Shown here in pieces: positions 22,677-33,940 of a stretch of 64,000 nt of DNA. Origin of the DNA: Vulcanimicrobiota bacterium (GTDB taxonomy: Bacteria > Vulcanimicrobiota > Vulcanimicrobiia > Vulcanimicrobiales > Vulcanimicrobiaceae); the NCBI GenBank assembly GCA_963714015.1, contig OY970223.1, positions 224,001 to 288,000 of the forward strand, in the 5' to 3' direction. Below the pieces are notes generated by a model. That model worked only from the letters and a program-made list of their open reading frames with translations. It did no database searches and had not been told where the DNA came from. The number at the start of each line of letters is the position of its first letter. Within the stretch, counting starts at the first letter, position 1. The translations under genes were made by a program, and so were the position numbers.

Positions 22677-23885
22677 ATGGCTATCGTTTCGCGCACCGCT
22701 CGTTTCGCGGCGCGGACCGCGCGAATGCGCGCTTCGACCATCCGGGAAATGCTCAAGGTCACGCAGCAGCCGGACGTGATCTCGTTCGGCGGCGGTTTGC
22801 CGGCGCCGGAGCTCTTTCCGACCACCGAAATCGCCGAGTGTACCGCCGAAGTCATGCGCGACGTCGGGCCGCAGGCGCTGCAGTACAGCGTTACCGACGG
22901 CATTCCCGAACTGCGCGCTTGGGTCGCAGATCGACTCTCGCGCCATACGGGAGCGACCTATACGGCCGCCGAGGTGCTCATCGTCAACGGTTCGCAGCAA
23001 GGCCTGGACTTGATTGCCAAGATCCTCGTCGATCCGGGCGACCATATCGTGCTGGAAAAACCGTCGTATCTTGGGGCGATTCAAGCTTTCGATGCGTATC
23101 AAGCCAGATATTTGACGGCCGAGACCGACGAAGACGGAATGATTCCCGAGTCGCTCGAGAGCGTGCTCGCGCATGCGGAACCGCTCCCCAAGTTCGTCTA
23201 TCTGGTGCCGAATTTTCAAAATCCGTCGGGCCGCACGCTGGCCGCGAATAGACGCGAGCGCATCGTGCGCATCTGCGAGCACTTCGGCGTGCCGATCGTC
23301 GAAGACGATCCGTACGGCGAACTGCGGTTCACCGGAACGCATCTGCCTTCGCTCTCATCGTACAGCCGCAACGGGACGGTCATCTACAGCGGGACGGGAA
23401 GCAAGATCATGGCTCCCGGTATGCGGATCGCCTGGCTTGCCATGCACGATGCCGAAGTGCAAGAAAAACTCATCCTCGCAAAGCAGGGCGCCGATCTGCA
23501 AAGCGGCACGCTCGCGCAATACGTCTTTGCGCGATACGTTTCAAAGGCTGAGGCGTTCGAGCGGCATGTGGCCACGATCGTTCGGGTCTACGGCGAGCGT
23601 CGCGACGTGATGCACGAAGCACTCACCCAGTACATGCCTTCGAACGTGGAGTTCAACAATCCGGAGGGCGGGATGTTCCTTTGGGCGCGCACGAGGGGCG
23701 TGGACACGACCGAATTGCTCGCCATTTCGGCCCAGCAGAAAGTGGTCTTCGTACCGGGCGTACCGTTTTATCCGGCGCGGGACTCCACGGACGGAATGCG
23801 GCTGAATTTTTCCAACGCGGGCCCGCAGAAGATCCGCACGGGAATCGAGCGCCTGGCCAACGCGGTCCGCTCAATGTCACGCTAG
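22677..23885 (+). CDS. PLP-dependent class I/II aminotransferase (LysN/2-aminoadipate transaminase-like)
   Basis: ISFGGGLP, GSQQGLD, PNFQNPSG, EDDPYG, SKIMAPGMR, PEGGMF, RLNFS. Confidence 0.92.
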   Translation: MAIVSRTARFAARTARMRASTIREMLKVTQQPDVISFGGGLPAPELFPTTEIAECTAEVMRDVGPQALQYSVTDGIPELRAWVADRLSRHTGATYTAAEVLIVNGSQQGLDLIAKILVDPGDHIVLEKPSYLGAIQAFDAYQARYLTAETDEDGMIPESLESVLAHAEPLPKFVYLVPNFQNPSGRTLAANRRERIVRICEHFGVPIVEDDPYGELRFTGTHLPSLSSYSRNGTVIYSGTGSKIMAPGMRIAWLAMHDAEVQEKLILAKQGADLQSGTLAQYVFARYVSKAEAFERHVATIVRVYGERRDVMHEALTQYMPSNVEFNNPEGGMFLWARTRGVDTTELLAISAQQKVVFVPGVPFYPARDSTDGMRLNFSNAGPQKIRTGIERLANAVRSMSR

Positions 23886-23968
23886 GGGCGGCGGCCGCGC
23901 TAGCAAGCCAGGAAACAGCGGGGCCTCGCATAAATGCCCGCCTGTCAATTCATGTACGAGGAGCACCA

Positions 23969-24451
23969 ATGGCTGAACATCTAGTGACCGGCATCGCGCA
24001 GACGTCCGATCCCGCCCATCTCGAGACCACCCTTTGCGGCAACGAAGCAGTTGACTGCGACAAGATGGCGGTTATTACGAAAGATCAGCCGACGGATCAC
24101 CATCAGGAATCGGTACTAACGTTCCTGCATGTGGGCGCGAATCACGCCACGAGCGACGTGCAGCACGAAGTGATCGCCGGCGGAGAGTCGATCCTCACCA
24201 ATTTCGGCGATCCGCAAGTGCCGAACATCAGCGCCGACATGCGTTACGTCGGATTCTTTGCCGAACCGCACATCATCGATCACTTGGCCGACTACGCCAT
24301 TCCTCAAGATCAAGTCCAAAATTACAACGACGCAATCGAAGCCGGACGCAGCGTCGTCGTCTACAAAGCCGATAAAGCAGAAGCACCCGGCGTCGAACAA
24401 AGCTTCAAGGACGCCGGCCTCAAGAACGTCAAGACGTTCGAAACGAAGTAA
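23969..24451 (+). CDS. Hypothetical protein
   Basis: GAGGAG RBS then ATG 23969; typical codon usage; C-terminal IPxDxxxxYxxAIEAGRSVV. Confidence 0.75.
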   Translation: MAEHLVTGIAQTSDPAHLETTLCGNEAVDCDKMAVITKDQPTDHHQESVLTFLHVGANHATSDVQHEVIAGGESILTNFGDPQVPNISADMRYVGFFAEPHIIDHLADYAIPQDQVQNYNDAIEAGRSVVVYKADKAEAPGVEQSFKDAGLKNVKTFETK

Positions 24452-24722
24452 GTCCGGTTCTCATATAAAATTGAGCCGGCGCGCCGTCCCCGGTGCGCAC
24501 TTGGGCATGTGAACGGATGTACTGCTTCCGCCCTCCAAGCAAGCGCCACCATAAGGCGCTGACGCAACGGATCGGACCACGCATTCGTTTTCACGACGGG
24601 GCCCTGCATCCCGCAGGCGACCGTGAACCCTCTTTGCGGGTGTGCGGCTGAGCTCGAACGCGCAGGTCCCAAACAGCCGCGCCCAAAAATTTGGAAGCTC
24701 TCCAACCATCCAAAGGAGCACG

Positions 24723-26225
24723 ATGGCCGAGCACTTGGCAGCCGCGGCTCGCCCGTTTATAAACCTCAGCAGGCCGGTGAAAAACCCAGACTTTAGAGTG
24801 CGGTTCTTCCTACTCTATGCGGCGATCCTATGCGCCCTCCTCGTTGCCGCATGCGGCGGACAAGGGACTTCCAGTTCACCATCCGGACCTAAACCCACAC
24901 CCGAGCCGCCCGTTGGGCCGACGATAACGGGTGACGACTGGACCACGTTCGCGCACGACTTTAGCCGGAGCGGTTACCAGCCTCAGGACACCGGAATAAC
25001 GAAGTCCAACGTCGGCACTCTGCAACTCCGCTGGGCGACGCATCTGGGCGAGCTCTCGTTCTCCAGCCCCGTCGTCTATAAAGGCGTAGTGTACACGGTA
25101 ACGCACAACACCGGAACGGTATACGCACTCGACGAGAAGAGCGGCCAGATCCTTTGGCATACGTCGCTCGGGGGCCAAGTGCGCATGACGCCCACCATCG
25201 CCGACGGTCTGCTCTTCGTAGGAACGCATTTATTCACTGTCGATTCCAACGGCGACATTCTCGGCGCTCCATCTGCCCTTTACGCATTGAACCTCACCAC
25301 CGGCTCTATCGTTTGGCAGAAAAATCTTCCCGGCGACGTGCGCAGCGATCCCGCGGTAATCGACGGCACGATTTACGTTGGTGTCTCCGGAGGAGACGAA
25401 CCCGCCTGCATTCAGGGCGGCCTTTACGCGTTGGACGATCTCTCCGGGGCCGTAAAATGGTCCTGGGTCGTAGACCCGCACTCAAACGACGGCGGGTCGG
25501 TTTGGTCGCCTATTAGTTACAACGGATCGTATCTGTTTTTCGGCACGGGCAACACCTGCGGGCAAGTGCCGAATATGATTGCGAACGGCATTGTCGCCAT
25601 AAGCACGACGGGCTCAATCATCTGGAACCTTCAGAACGTAAATCCCGTATTGGATTTCGATACGGGCAGCGGCGAGCTGCTGCTGAACGGCCTCGTAATA
25701 GAACTGAACAAGAACGGCACTGTATATGCGATGCTGCAGCCGAACGGGCAGCTCGTATGGCAAAAGCAAATCGACTCGAAAGTCGACGGCTCCGCCGGTT
25801 ACGGTACGCCGACGACCGATGGAACGACGATCTTCGTACCGACCGGGACGGCGTCCACTCCCAGTTCCCGCGGCCGTGAATCGTTCTTCGCGGTTCGTCG
25901 TATGGCCGTTCCGGCCGGCCCACCGCAAGGGGCGTTGTATGCGCTCGATCTCATGGGAAACGTACGCTGGTCGCAGCAGTCGCAAGCCCAAAATATCGGA
26001 TACGTCGCGATCAACAACGGCATCGCTTTTGCAGATCAAGACGCTCAAATTGAAGCGCTGGACATACAAACGGGAACGAAACTGTGGTCGTATACCACCA
26101 CCGGGCTCATCAATGCCTCACCCGTAGTCGTTCCCAGTGGGATTTACACCGTCGACTCGAACGGCGTAGTCTATGCGTTCACGTTGCCTCAAAAATCGCA
26201 AAACAAATCCTGGCGTAAGGTGTAA
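24723..26225 (+). CDS. PQQ-binding-like beta-propeller lipoprotein
   Basis: Lipobox LVAAC, Pro/Ser/Thr linker, DWTTFAHDFSRSG, GGSVWSP, GTGN and blade repeats. Start is 24723 (RBS AAGGAG) or GTG 24798. Confidence 0.8.
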   Translation: MAEHLAAAARPFINLSRPVKNPDFRVRFFLLYAAILCALLVAACGGQGTSSSPSGPKPTPEPPVGPTITGDDWTTFAHDFSRSGYQPQDTGITKSNVGTLQLRWATHLGELSFSSPVVYKGVVYTVTHNTGTVYALDEKSGQILWHTSLGGQVRMTPTIADGLLFVGTHLFTVDSNGDILGAPSALYALNLTTGSIVWQKNLPGDVRSDPAVIDGTIYVGVSGGDEPACIQGGLYALDDLSGAVKWSWVVDPHSNDGGSVWSPISYNGSYLFFGTGNTCGQVPNMIANGIVAISTTGSIIWNLQNVNPVLDFDTGSGELLLNGLVIELNKNGTVYAMLQPNGQLVWQKQIDSKVDGSAGYGTPTTDGTTIFVPTGTASTPSSRGRESFFAVRRMAVPAGPPQGALYALDLMGNVRWSQQSQAQNIGYVAINNGIAFADQDAQIEALDIQTGTKLWSYTTTGLINASPVVVPSGIYTVDSNGVVYAFTLPQKSQNKSWRKV

Positions 26226-26233
26226 AGGCAAAA

Positions 26234-27280
26234 ATGCGTACTATTGCTTCCGGTCTACTTCTCGTGCTTGTAGTCACGCAAAGCGTTCCGGCGCGCGCGG
26301 ACTCTCCGGCGCCGAGCGAGTGGCAAGTTCTGCAAGCCATGAATCCGGCTGTCGTGAATATGTGGGCCTCAGCGGCCAGACAGAATGCAGACGGGGCGGT
26401 AAGCGTAAACAAGACGGGCGGATACATCAACGTCGGCTTTCAGCGGGAGTCCGTCGACCAAATCCCCGCGGCGGTCGAACACCGCGATAAGAAGACTCTG
26501 GACAACGCGCTGCAAATCATTTCCTACGCCTTGAAGCACGAGCATAACGACGGCGGCTTCGATTACGCGGAGAGCAACGGCGTAGTCTCGTCCGGTGCGG
26601 CGGCAACGGCACTCGGCGAGGCGTCGGCCGAAGCGTTCTTTGCAAGCGACTTTGGTCACACGCTTCGGCTTCTCCAAGAGTCGTCGTGGTTTAAGACCAG
26701 CCCCGATCTAAACGCCGAGCGCGCGAGCGTTGAATCATTTGAGGAAAAAGCGAAGCCTATGGCAGCATGGCTCGTTCAGCACTCGCAACTATTGTCGACG
26801 GATCGCGCGGCATTGAATCGGGTCTTCATTTACGCTGCAGCGTACTCACTTTTGGGAGCCGCGGTCGGCAACACGGCCGCCGTTTCTCTGGGACATTCTT
26901 TCCTGCGTCAGGGATTGGACCGCCAAGAATCCGACGGCACCCTGCCCGAGGCCGGTGGATTCGACAGCAGCTATCAAGCGGTATCGCTCTACTGGCTGCA
27001 GGTTCTGTACTTGCAGCTCGGTGCCGGCGATCCGCTTCATGCGGATCTTTGGAAGGCAATCGACTCAGGCGCACAGCGCGAGACCAAAAACATCTTGCCG
27101 GACGGAACCGTTTCCACGGCAAACAATACCCGCGTCGGGTCAAATGGCGAAACCTATTTCGGCCACAAGAAGCAGATCGACGGCCGCATGGTCATCCTAT
27201 CGATGAATTACTGGGCTGCGACGACGGGAAATCCTCATATCGGACGGGTTGCTCATCTCGTATTCGCAAGGTATTACTGA
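26234..27280 (+). CDS. Secreted hypothetical protein, predicted helical (alpha/alpha-toroid-like)
   Basis: Signal peptide ending ARA; QESDGTLPEAGGFDSSYQ motif; operon-like spacing. Confidence 0.7.
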   Translation: MRTIASGLLLVLVVTQSVPARADSPAPSEWQVLQAMNPAVVNMWASAARQNADGAVSVNKTGGYINVGFQRESVDQIPAAVEHRDKKTLDNALQIISYALKHEHNDGGFDYAESNGVVSSGAAATALGEASAEAFFASDFGHTLRLLQESSWFKTSPDLNAERASVESFEEKAKPMAAWLVQHSQLLSTDRAALNRVFIYAAAYSLLGAAVGNTAAVSLGHSFLRQGLDRQESDGTLPEAGGFDSSYQAVSLYWLQVLYLQLGAGDPLHADLWKAIDSGAQRETKNILPDGTVSTANNTRVGSNGETYFGHKKQIDGRMVILSMNYWAATTGNPHIGRVAHLVFARYY

Positions 27281-28304
27281 GCCCGGAAAGATAGCCTCGC
27301 CTCGCGTCGCCGTAGATGCGCGTTTGACGCGCCGGCTGTCGGCCGGGATGAGAACGTACTCAGAGGAACTCGCGCGCAGGCTCCCGTCTGCAGCGCCCGA
27401 CCTGGATTTTTACTTCTATCCGGATACGTTCGATATCAACTTTACGGAGCAAGTCCTCATACCGTGGGACGCTCTTTCCAAGAAGCGAAGCCTCGTTCAC
27501 TTCACGACGACGTTCGCTTCCGTAGCGATCGCGTGCCCGTATGTCGTTACCGTGCACGACCTCATCTTTCTGCGGTTTCCGCTTTTGCTCAGACCCGTTA
27601 CGCTTCGGCTTTTCACATGGATGGCCAAGTGGGTGGTTCCGCGCGCGGCGCGAGTCATCGTCGACGACGAGCGGACGATCGACGACTGCGAACGGCTGCT
27701 CGGCGTGTCCCGCGAACGTTGCCGCGTCGTACCGTTGGGGTACGACGATGAACTTCTCAAGACGAAAGGCTTGGAACGACTCGCCGGCCGGCCATATTTG
27801 TTATATTCCGGCAACCGCAGCGCGCATAAAAATGTCGACCGGCTGATCAAAGCGTGGGAAATGCTCCCGCCGTCCATTGAGGTCGACCTGGTAATCACCG
27901 GACCGGGACATCCTGAAGGCGTGGACATGAGATCGGGAACGAATGGCCGCACGCTGGTTTACGCGGGTAACGTGCCTCGTGAGCAACTGTGGGGACTTTA
28001 CGGCAGCGCGCTGGCGTACGTACACCCCGCTCTAACCGAAGGCTTCGGTATTCCGATGCTCGAGGCAATGGTGCTGGGGACGCCGGTAATCGCGTCGGAG
28101 CAATGCGTACCGCTCGTATTGCGCGACCACGCCACGACGTTCGCAGCGGAGAATGAACGACAACTCGCGGCAATCCTGGAATCCGTTTGCCGCTCCCCGG
28201 AAGGCTTCCGGTCGAAAGCGCAGGAGGCGGCGGCCTGGGCACGTCGCTTTACCTGGGATAGATGTGCAGCTGAAACCGCGGCCGTGTACCGGGAACTTAT
28301 CTGA
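27249..28304 (+). CDS. GT4 glycosyltransferase
   Basis: VVTVHDL, HKNV, EGFGIPMLEAM and FTWDRCA motifs. Start uncertain. Confidence 0.9.
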   Translation: MLISYSQGITEPGKIASPRVAVDARLTRRLSAGMRTYSEELARRLPSAAPDLDFYFYPDTFDINFTEQVLIPWDALSKKRSLVHFTTTFASVAIACPYVVTVHDLIFLRFPLLLRPVTLRLFTWMAKWVVPRAARVIVDDERTIDDCERLLGVSRERCRVVPLGYDDELLKTKGLERLAGRPYLLYSGNRSAHKNVDRLIKAWEMLPPSIEVDLVITGPGHPEGVDMRSGTNGRTLVYAGNVPREQLWGLYGSALAYVHPALTEGFGIPMLEAMVLGTPVIASEQCVPLVLRDHATTFAAENERQLAAILESVCRSPEGFRSKAQEAAAWARRFTWDRCAAETAAVYRELI

Positions 28305-28326
28305 CAATGCGTGAATCACGCCGTCC

Positions 28327-29109
28327 ATGACCCTCGGGCATCCCGTAGATGCGCTGGCCGATCGCTATCACGAACTAATGGCTTTGCGTGCGGAAGCGCT
28401 CAAAAAGTATGGATCGAACGTCATGAGCACGATGAAGGGTCCGCCGGCTCGCGCGTACGTACCGTTAGTTAAGCCGTCTCGAAACGTGAAAAGCGGCGGG
28501 ACGCGCATTGGCCCCATTACGCTGCTTAATCAACCGCCTTTTTGGCGGCACGTTCAAGGCCTTATTTCGGCAATGAGCGGTACCATCAACGTGTTGGAGA
28601 TTGGTCCGGGCAGCGGCGAGTTTGCGGCGCACCTCCGAAGAGTCTATCCGGAAAAGATCGGACGTTACTTCGGGCTGGAACGCGACAAAAACGTACAAGG
28701 AAGCTACGAGCGTATAGACAGCATCGCCGACTTGAACGTTCCCGTCGATTTGGTACTTGCCAGCGAAGTATTCGAACATATGCCGGCCGACGATCTTTAC
28801 CGGTTCATGCTGCTGCCGCTCAGAGGCCGGCTGTCGAAGCAGGCGTATTTCATTGCATCCGTGCCGAATCCGATCGCACCGGCCGGCATAGCTCGGGATT
28901 TTACGCACGTTCAGAGTTACCCCTGGTACGACTTTTATGCAATCGTTCGCCTTGAGTTCAGCGCAGTCGAGATCTTCCGCACGTTCTATATTTGGACTCT
29001 GCCGCGGCTGCTGTTCTTGCTGCCGCGCATTGCCGTTTGCACGGTTCAGGAACTCGACTGGTGCGACGGAGTTATTTGCGTCGCTTCAGGGCGCCGCTTC
29101 ACGGCGTGA
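28327..29109 (+). CDS. Class I SAM-dependent methyltransferase
   Basis: VLEIGPGSG, SEVFEH, SVPN and DFTH motifs. Confidence 0.82.
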   Translation: MTLGHPVDALADRYHELMALRAEALKKYGSNVMSTMKGPPARAYVPLVKPSRNVKSGGTRIGPITLLNQPPFWRHVQGLISAMSGTINVLEIGPGSGEFAAHLRRVYPEKIGRYFGLERDKNVQGSYERIDSIADLNVPVDLVLASEVFEHMPADDLYRFMLLPLRGRLSKQAYFIASVPNPIAPAGIARDFTHVQSYPWYDFYAIVRLEFSAVEIFRTFYIWTLPRLLFLLPRIAVCTVQELDWCDGVICVASGRRFTA

Positions 29110-32100
29110 ACGGCCGGCGAGCAGTAACGACGCCAGCGAAATCAGCAGCGCCAGCGCGGTGAGCCCGATTCCGGCAACCAAAGGCGGCGGGTAGCGGTGG
29201 AGCAGTTGGTAAACGCCCGGCGAAACGCCGACAAAACATGAATTCAGCAAATCGCAGCGCGTCCCGACCAACGTTCGACCGTTCCCCACGAGAATCCAGT
29301 TCCCATCATTCAAATGTGTAACCTCAACGTCGCCGGCCGTAGGGATGCGGAGCTGCCCGCGAAGTGCGGAGATAGGCTTATACGTTATCTTCTGCGCGTT
29401 CTGTCCGGGCCAAAGCCGGTTCACGAAAACCAGCAGATTGGCATCAACGGGAACTCCGCCGACGCGTATCCATCTATAGCCGCTCGACGAAAAAGCGATG
29501 GAGTCGTTGCCGGCGATGCGGGCACCTTCGATGGATATGGCACGGTCTGAGAGGATGGCGCCTTCGACGGATCTCAGTTCGACGTTATAATGTCCGGCCG
29601 GTACCCAGATCCGGATTGCGGCGTCCGACGATGCAGGCGTCGCATTAACAGTCACCGCTTTGAGGGCGGATGCGCCGCTTATCCAAGTCACTGTGGCGCG
29701 GCATTGCGTGAACCGTCCGTGAAGAGCGACGTCACCATCGCCGGCAAACGTTTGGGAAGCCTGCGACGTGCCGCAAGTCAAGGTCAGCTCGCACCGCCCC
29801 GCTGCCGCTTAGGTCCAGCGCCAGATCTACGGATCGAACCGGGCGCCAGGAGCGGATCGGGAAAGAAACGCTCTGGTACGGAACGCCGATGACTCCGTCG
29901 AGCTGTCGACTGAACCGAGTTCAAACCTTGGACGGAAACGTTTACGGGGCCCGAACCCGTGAATTGAAGATTGCCGCGCAGTAATGAGCCTCGCCGCGGC
30001 GCGAGTTCGATTCCCACACTCTGGGATACGACCGCCTTAACGAGTTCGATCGGCTCGTCTTCGCCCGGTGCAACGGAATCCATCGAAATTCGTATGCGGT
30101 CTCCCGGCTGCAAACGAGCTGGAATTTGAACTTCGACGCGCGACATGTCACTGGAGATTTGCGTGCGTTGGACCTGCGTTGAGCCATCCGGCCGCAGCAG
30201 CGCAACGGTCAGGGCGTCTCCAGGCCGCGAAACGTGCGCGGCGGCGTCGACGACGTACTCGCCCGTCCCACCGCGCCACAAATACGTCAACTCTGCCAAG
30301 GACGCCGTAGCGGCATACACGGATGCCCCGCCGACGGATTCTCGACGTACATTCGTACGTTGCATGGGCGAAACGCCGCCGGGCCCCGGCGCGAGCGGCA
30401 CTTCCATTATCGGAGCGGCTGCCCGCTGCCGGCGGTCGAGCGTTACTGCAACGCTCGAGTCCGGCATTGCACTTGCAACGGCGCCGCGAAGATCCGCTGC
30501 CGAAACGAGCGCCACTCCGTCGACCGCAATCCCGTCCCAGCGCTCCTTTGGATTTACACCGCGTGCGTTGGTACTTATGCGAACCGAGAGCGTATGGGGG
30601 CCTCGCGCTAGGGAATCGACCGGCAATTGGAGCCATCGCATTCCCAATGCGGGCAAGAGCGGTGCGGAAAGACGAAACCCATCTATGTACGCCTCGAGCG
30701 AGCCGCGTTCGTGTGCACATACCCTCGCGAGGAAAACATATTTCCCCGCGCGATCGACCGTAAATGGTGCTGAACCGGAAGAAACGCCGGTAACGAGTAT
30801 CGCGCCGTTGCGATCGAATACCGGCGCGTCCCCATCCACGGAATTGCGATACCACAAGTCCTTGAGCAGCGCGCGGTTCCCGGGATAATCGTAGTCCGCA
30901 TCCTCGAGAGAGGAGCTTCCGAAGAGCGCTGTTGCCGGTATTCGCACTACTGCAAATCGTTTGAACGCCGTATCGATCGGATCGAAGTTCGCGAGCAGAT
31001 TCATCTTAGCGCCGCAACCTGCGGACGCTTGCAGAGATACCGCGGACATCGCCGGTAAAGCGAGTAACTGATCAAGTAATCCGGGGCCGCTGCGCAAGCA
31101 GACGACCTTGGTGAGCGTTGCAACGCTCCTGGGATGGGGTATGCGAGCCACGACGACGCCCTGCGGCCCGGTGTATAGAGGAGTCGTTAGCGCGGAGTTC
31201 CGGAAAATCGATGCAAAATCAGGAAAATCCCGTGCGTCGGCGGTAGCCCACATCGGCGTCGCGACGACGCTGCGGGCGCCGGCTCGCTGCATCAAGCCTA
31301 CGCCGCCGATTCCGTCTTCCACATACCGGGACGCCCAGTCGGTCACGGCACTCACCGAATCGACGGGGACGCCGTACGATGGATAGTCTTGAGGCGAGCC
31401 TCCGTTGACGAGGGCCAGCGCAACGTTCTTCGATCCCAGCTTTGCTGCCGCGTCGTTCGCTGCAAAAAGGTCCGGTTCCGCGGAACCGATAGAATACTGG
31501 TTCTGAAAGCAATGCTCTGCGAAATCGAACGACGTGAAACAGGTTAGGAGGATGGCGGTAACGGCCGCTGCGGCATATCGCCTCCCGCCTGCGCCCAATT
31601 CCAGTCGTTGAATTGCCTTCACGCCCAGGATGACGATAGCCAGCGCCGGGAAGAGCATAAAACGGTCGGGCGTCCTTATCGCGTCCAGGAGCGGAACAGC
31701 AGCGAGAAGCCGCCAAAGCTGAGGCCCGAGCGGCACGTTGGTCCCAAAACTCAAGTACAAGCAAATGAACACTACAGCGGCGGACGCGATCCACGCGCGG
31801 TTCTGACGCAAGCGCGCGGCGCTCGTTACACTAAACCCGATAGCAAACAAAATCAACGCGCAACCCGCGATCTGGCCGACCCAAAGGCTTCGAATCGCGT
31901 TGAAGATCTGCACGGGCGACACAACGGATTCTCGCGGAACCAAGCCGGCGAACTCGTTGGGCGTTTCGCTGAACAGGGGCAAGATCTGATCGGTCGTGAG
32001 TTGATTCGCGCGCACGGCGGAATCGCTGAACAGTGCCCCGAGCAGTGACGGAAATAAGAAATACGACCCCGTCGCAACGAGCGTAACGAAACCAAGAGCC

Positions 32101-32855
32101 GTGAACGCCGCCCACAAGCCGCGCCGCTCGCGAGCATACATGGAAATAGCAAGCGCAACGTAAATCGGAATCGACGTGAAAACCAAATATTCGACGCCGA
32201 TGCAAAAGCCGAACAGGGAACAAACGACTCCGACAAGCGGTAACGCCGCAAGGGACCAGCGACGCAACATCAGCAGCCCCGCCGCCAGCGCCGCCGGCGC
32301 ACAGGCAGCGGTCCATCCCATGTCGAGATTACCACGAATCGCAAGCGCAGTTACCGGCAAGACGGCATAACATAGGCCGCACGCCACGGACCAAATGGGC
32401 CTGAAACGGAGCACCCGGCAAAGCCATGCGCAAGCGGCGCACGATATGACGAGCTCGAGCGCTTCAAGGATTTTGATGTCAAACCATACGCTCTTGAAAA
32501 CAAAGGCCAGCGGAAGCGCCGGTACGTATGAAAGGTACGGATTCAGATTGAAAAGAGGCTGGTCGAACCACGGGCTCCACGCAAGGGTATCCACGAAGTC
32601 CCGCAGCGTATGGATGTCGCGAGTCGCATAGCTGAGGGTGATGTAATTTACGCCAAGGTCTTTATAAAACGCGAACGGCTCGCCGACGCTAAACACGAAC
32701 ACCCATAGCCACGCAAGTAGCACGGCTGCGAATAACGCGACCACAGCCGCGATAGCGCGGTCCGAAGCGGCGATCGAAACGACTGCGCCGCGAACTCTCA
32801 GCACCGTGTAAGATAAAGAAGGGCGGACATCTCTACCTGTGCCGCTTTCTCCCAC
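29086..32855 (-). CDS. Very large GT-C-like membrane protein (YfhO/AftD-like architecture) with extracytoplasmic beta domains; indels near 29905 and 29790
   Basis: About 12-13 N-terminal TM helices, IRTPDRF loop motif, long soluble region; C-terminal TM in 29086-29781. Frames join as QLDGVIGVPY...LDLSGSGAVELTLTCG. Confidence 0.65.
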
Positions 32856-33940
32856 GTAAAGCTCCTTGAAAGCGCGGTCGCTTGATCCGATATTTTCAGG
32901 CGAAGGTCCTCATTCGTAAATAATGCGGCGCACGCATTCGCAAATGCGGCCGTATCTCCCAGGGGTACGCCGATCCGTCCCCCGCTGAAAATCTCGCTGA
33001 ATACCGGCAATTCGTACGTTACCGCCGGCAGGCCGGCCGCCATCGCTTCGGCCAGTGCGATGCCCCAGCCCTCTTCGAGACTTGGAAAGACGAACACGCC
33101 GGCCGACCGCAACATCTGCCATTTCGTCTGCTCGTCGACCTCACCGCAGATCTCGATTCTCTCCGATAATCCGCGCTCGAAAATCGCCTTCGAGAGCACG
33201 CGGGAATAATTGTAATCGACTGGACCGGCCAAAAAGAGCCGCGAACCTCCGCACGCCGCCGGCAACCGCGCCCATGCATCGATGAGATGCTCGACACCCT
33301 TGGCCGGATGCAGCCTTCCCAAGAAAACAGCGTCTTTACGCGCGATCGAAACGCGAACCTCGCCGGCTCCTCCCCCTGGTACGTCTACTCCGTTTGTAGT
33401 CACGAATATCGGAGCCCGTCGCCCGTCGAGCCGAAGCCGCCGAGCCAACCACATGGTCCCGACGATGTTCGCGCCGAAAAGGCTGCGAATCAGTAGCAGC
33501 GCGAAGCGTTCGCTGACGTATGCCAGGCTGTTGTTCCAGCCCATCCCGCGGGGGCGCTTCCAGGGAGCATCGATGACGTGCCAAATGATTGCGGCTGCTC
33601 GCCGCGGTTTGCTCATGACGGCGGGCAGCACGTCAGCAATAAAATGAGACGTGCAGAGCAAGACGTCACACGAGCGAAGTTGGCGCCGCCGCAAAATTCC
33701 GAGTATTGCGCGCAGAACGAAGTCGAGCTTCGCGTAAGGCCCCGCACGCAATAACGAGGGCATTGCAACGTACTGCGCTCGAGGCAGTGCGCTCAAGAAC
33801 GATTCTCTTGCGGCTTTCGGGCCGAAGATAACGAGCTCGTGTTCGCGCCAGCGGCGAGCCACCTCGATAAAGTGCACGTGACCGCCGGCTTTCAAAGCAT
33901 AGGTCGGTTCGAACGTGTTTGCCAGCAGGCCGATTTTCAC
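32798..33940 (-). CDS. GT4 glycosyltransferase
   Basis: GTG start at 33940 (MKIGLLANTF); GRLHPAKG and EEGWGIALAEAMAAG. Confidence 0.9.
   Translation of the reverse strand: MKIGLLANTFEPTYALKAGGHVHFIEVARRWREHELVIFGPKAARESFLSALPRAQYVAMPSLLRAGPYAKLDFVLRAILGILRRRQLRSCDVLLCTSHFIADVLPAVMSKPRRAAAIIWHVIDAPWKRPRGMGWNNSLAYVSERFALLLIRSLFGANIVGTMWLARRLRLDGRRAPIFVTTNGVDVPGGGAGEVRVSIARKDAVFLGRLHPAKGVEHLIDAWARLPAACGGSRLFLAGPVDYNYSRVLSKAIFERGLSERIEICGEVDEQTKWQMLRSAGVFVFPSLEEGWGIALAEAMAAGLPAVTYELPVFSEIFSGGRIGVPLGDTAAFANACAALFTNEDLRLKISDQATALSRSFTWEKAAQVEMSALLYLTRC

Noticed and set aside
24452..24722. 270-nt intergenic region as a riboswitch, ncRNA or small ORF
   Set aside because: Only weak hairpins; no RNA family motif that I can recognise, and the short ORFs lack support.
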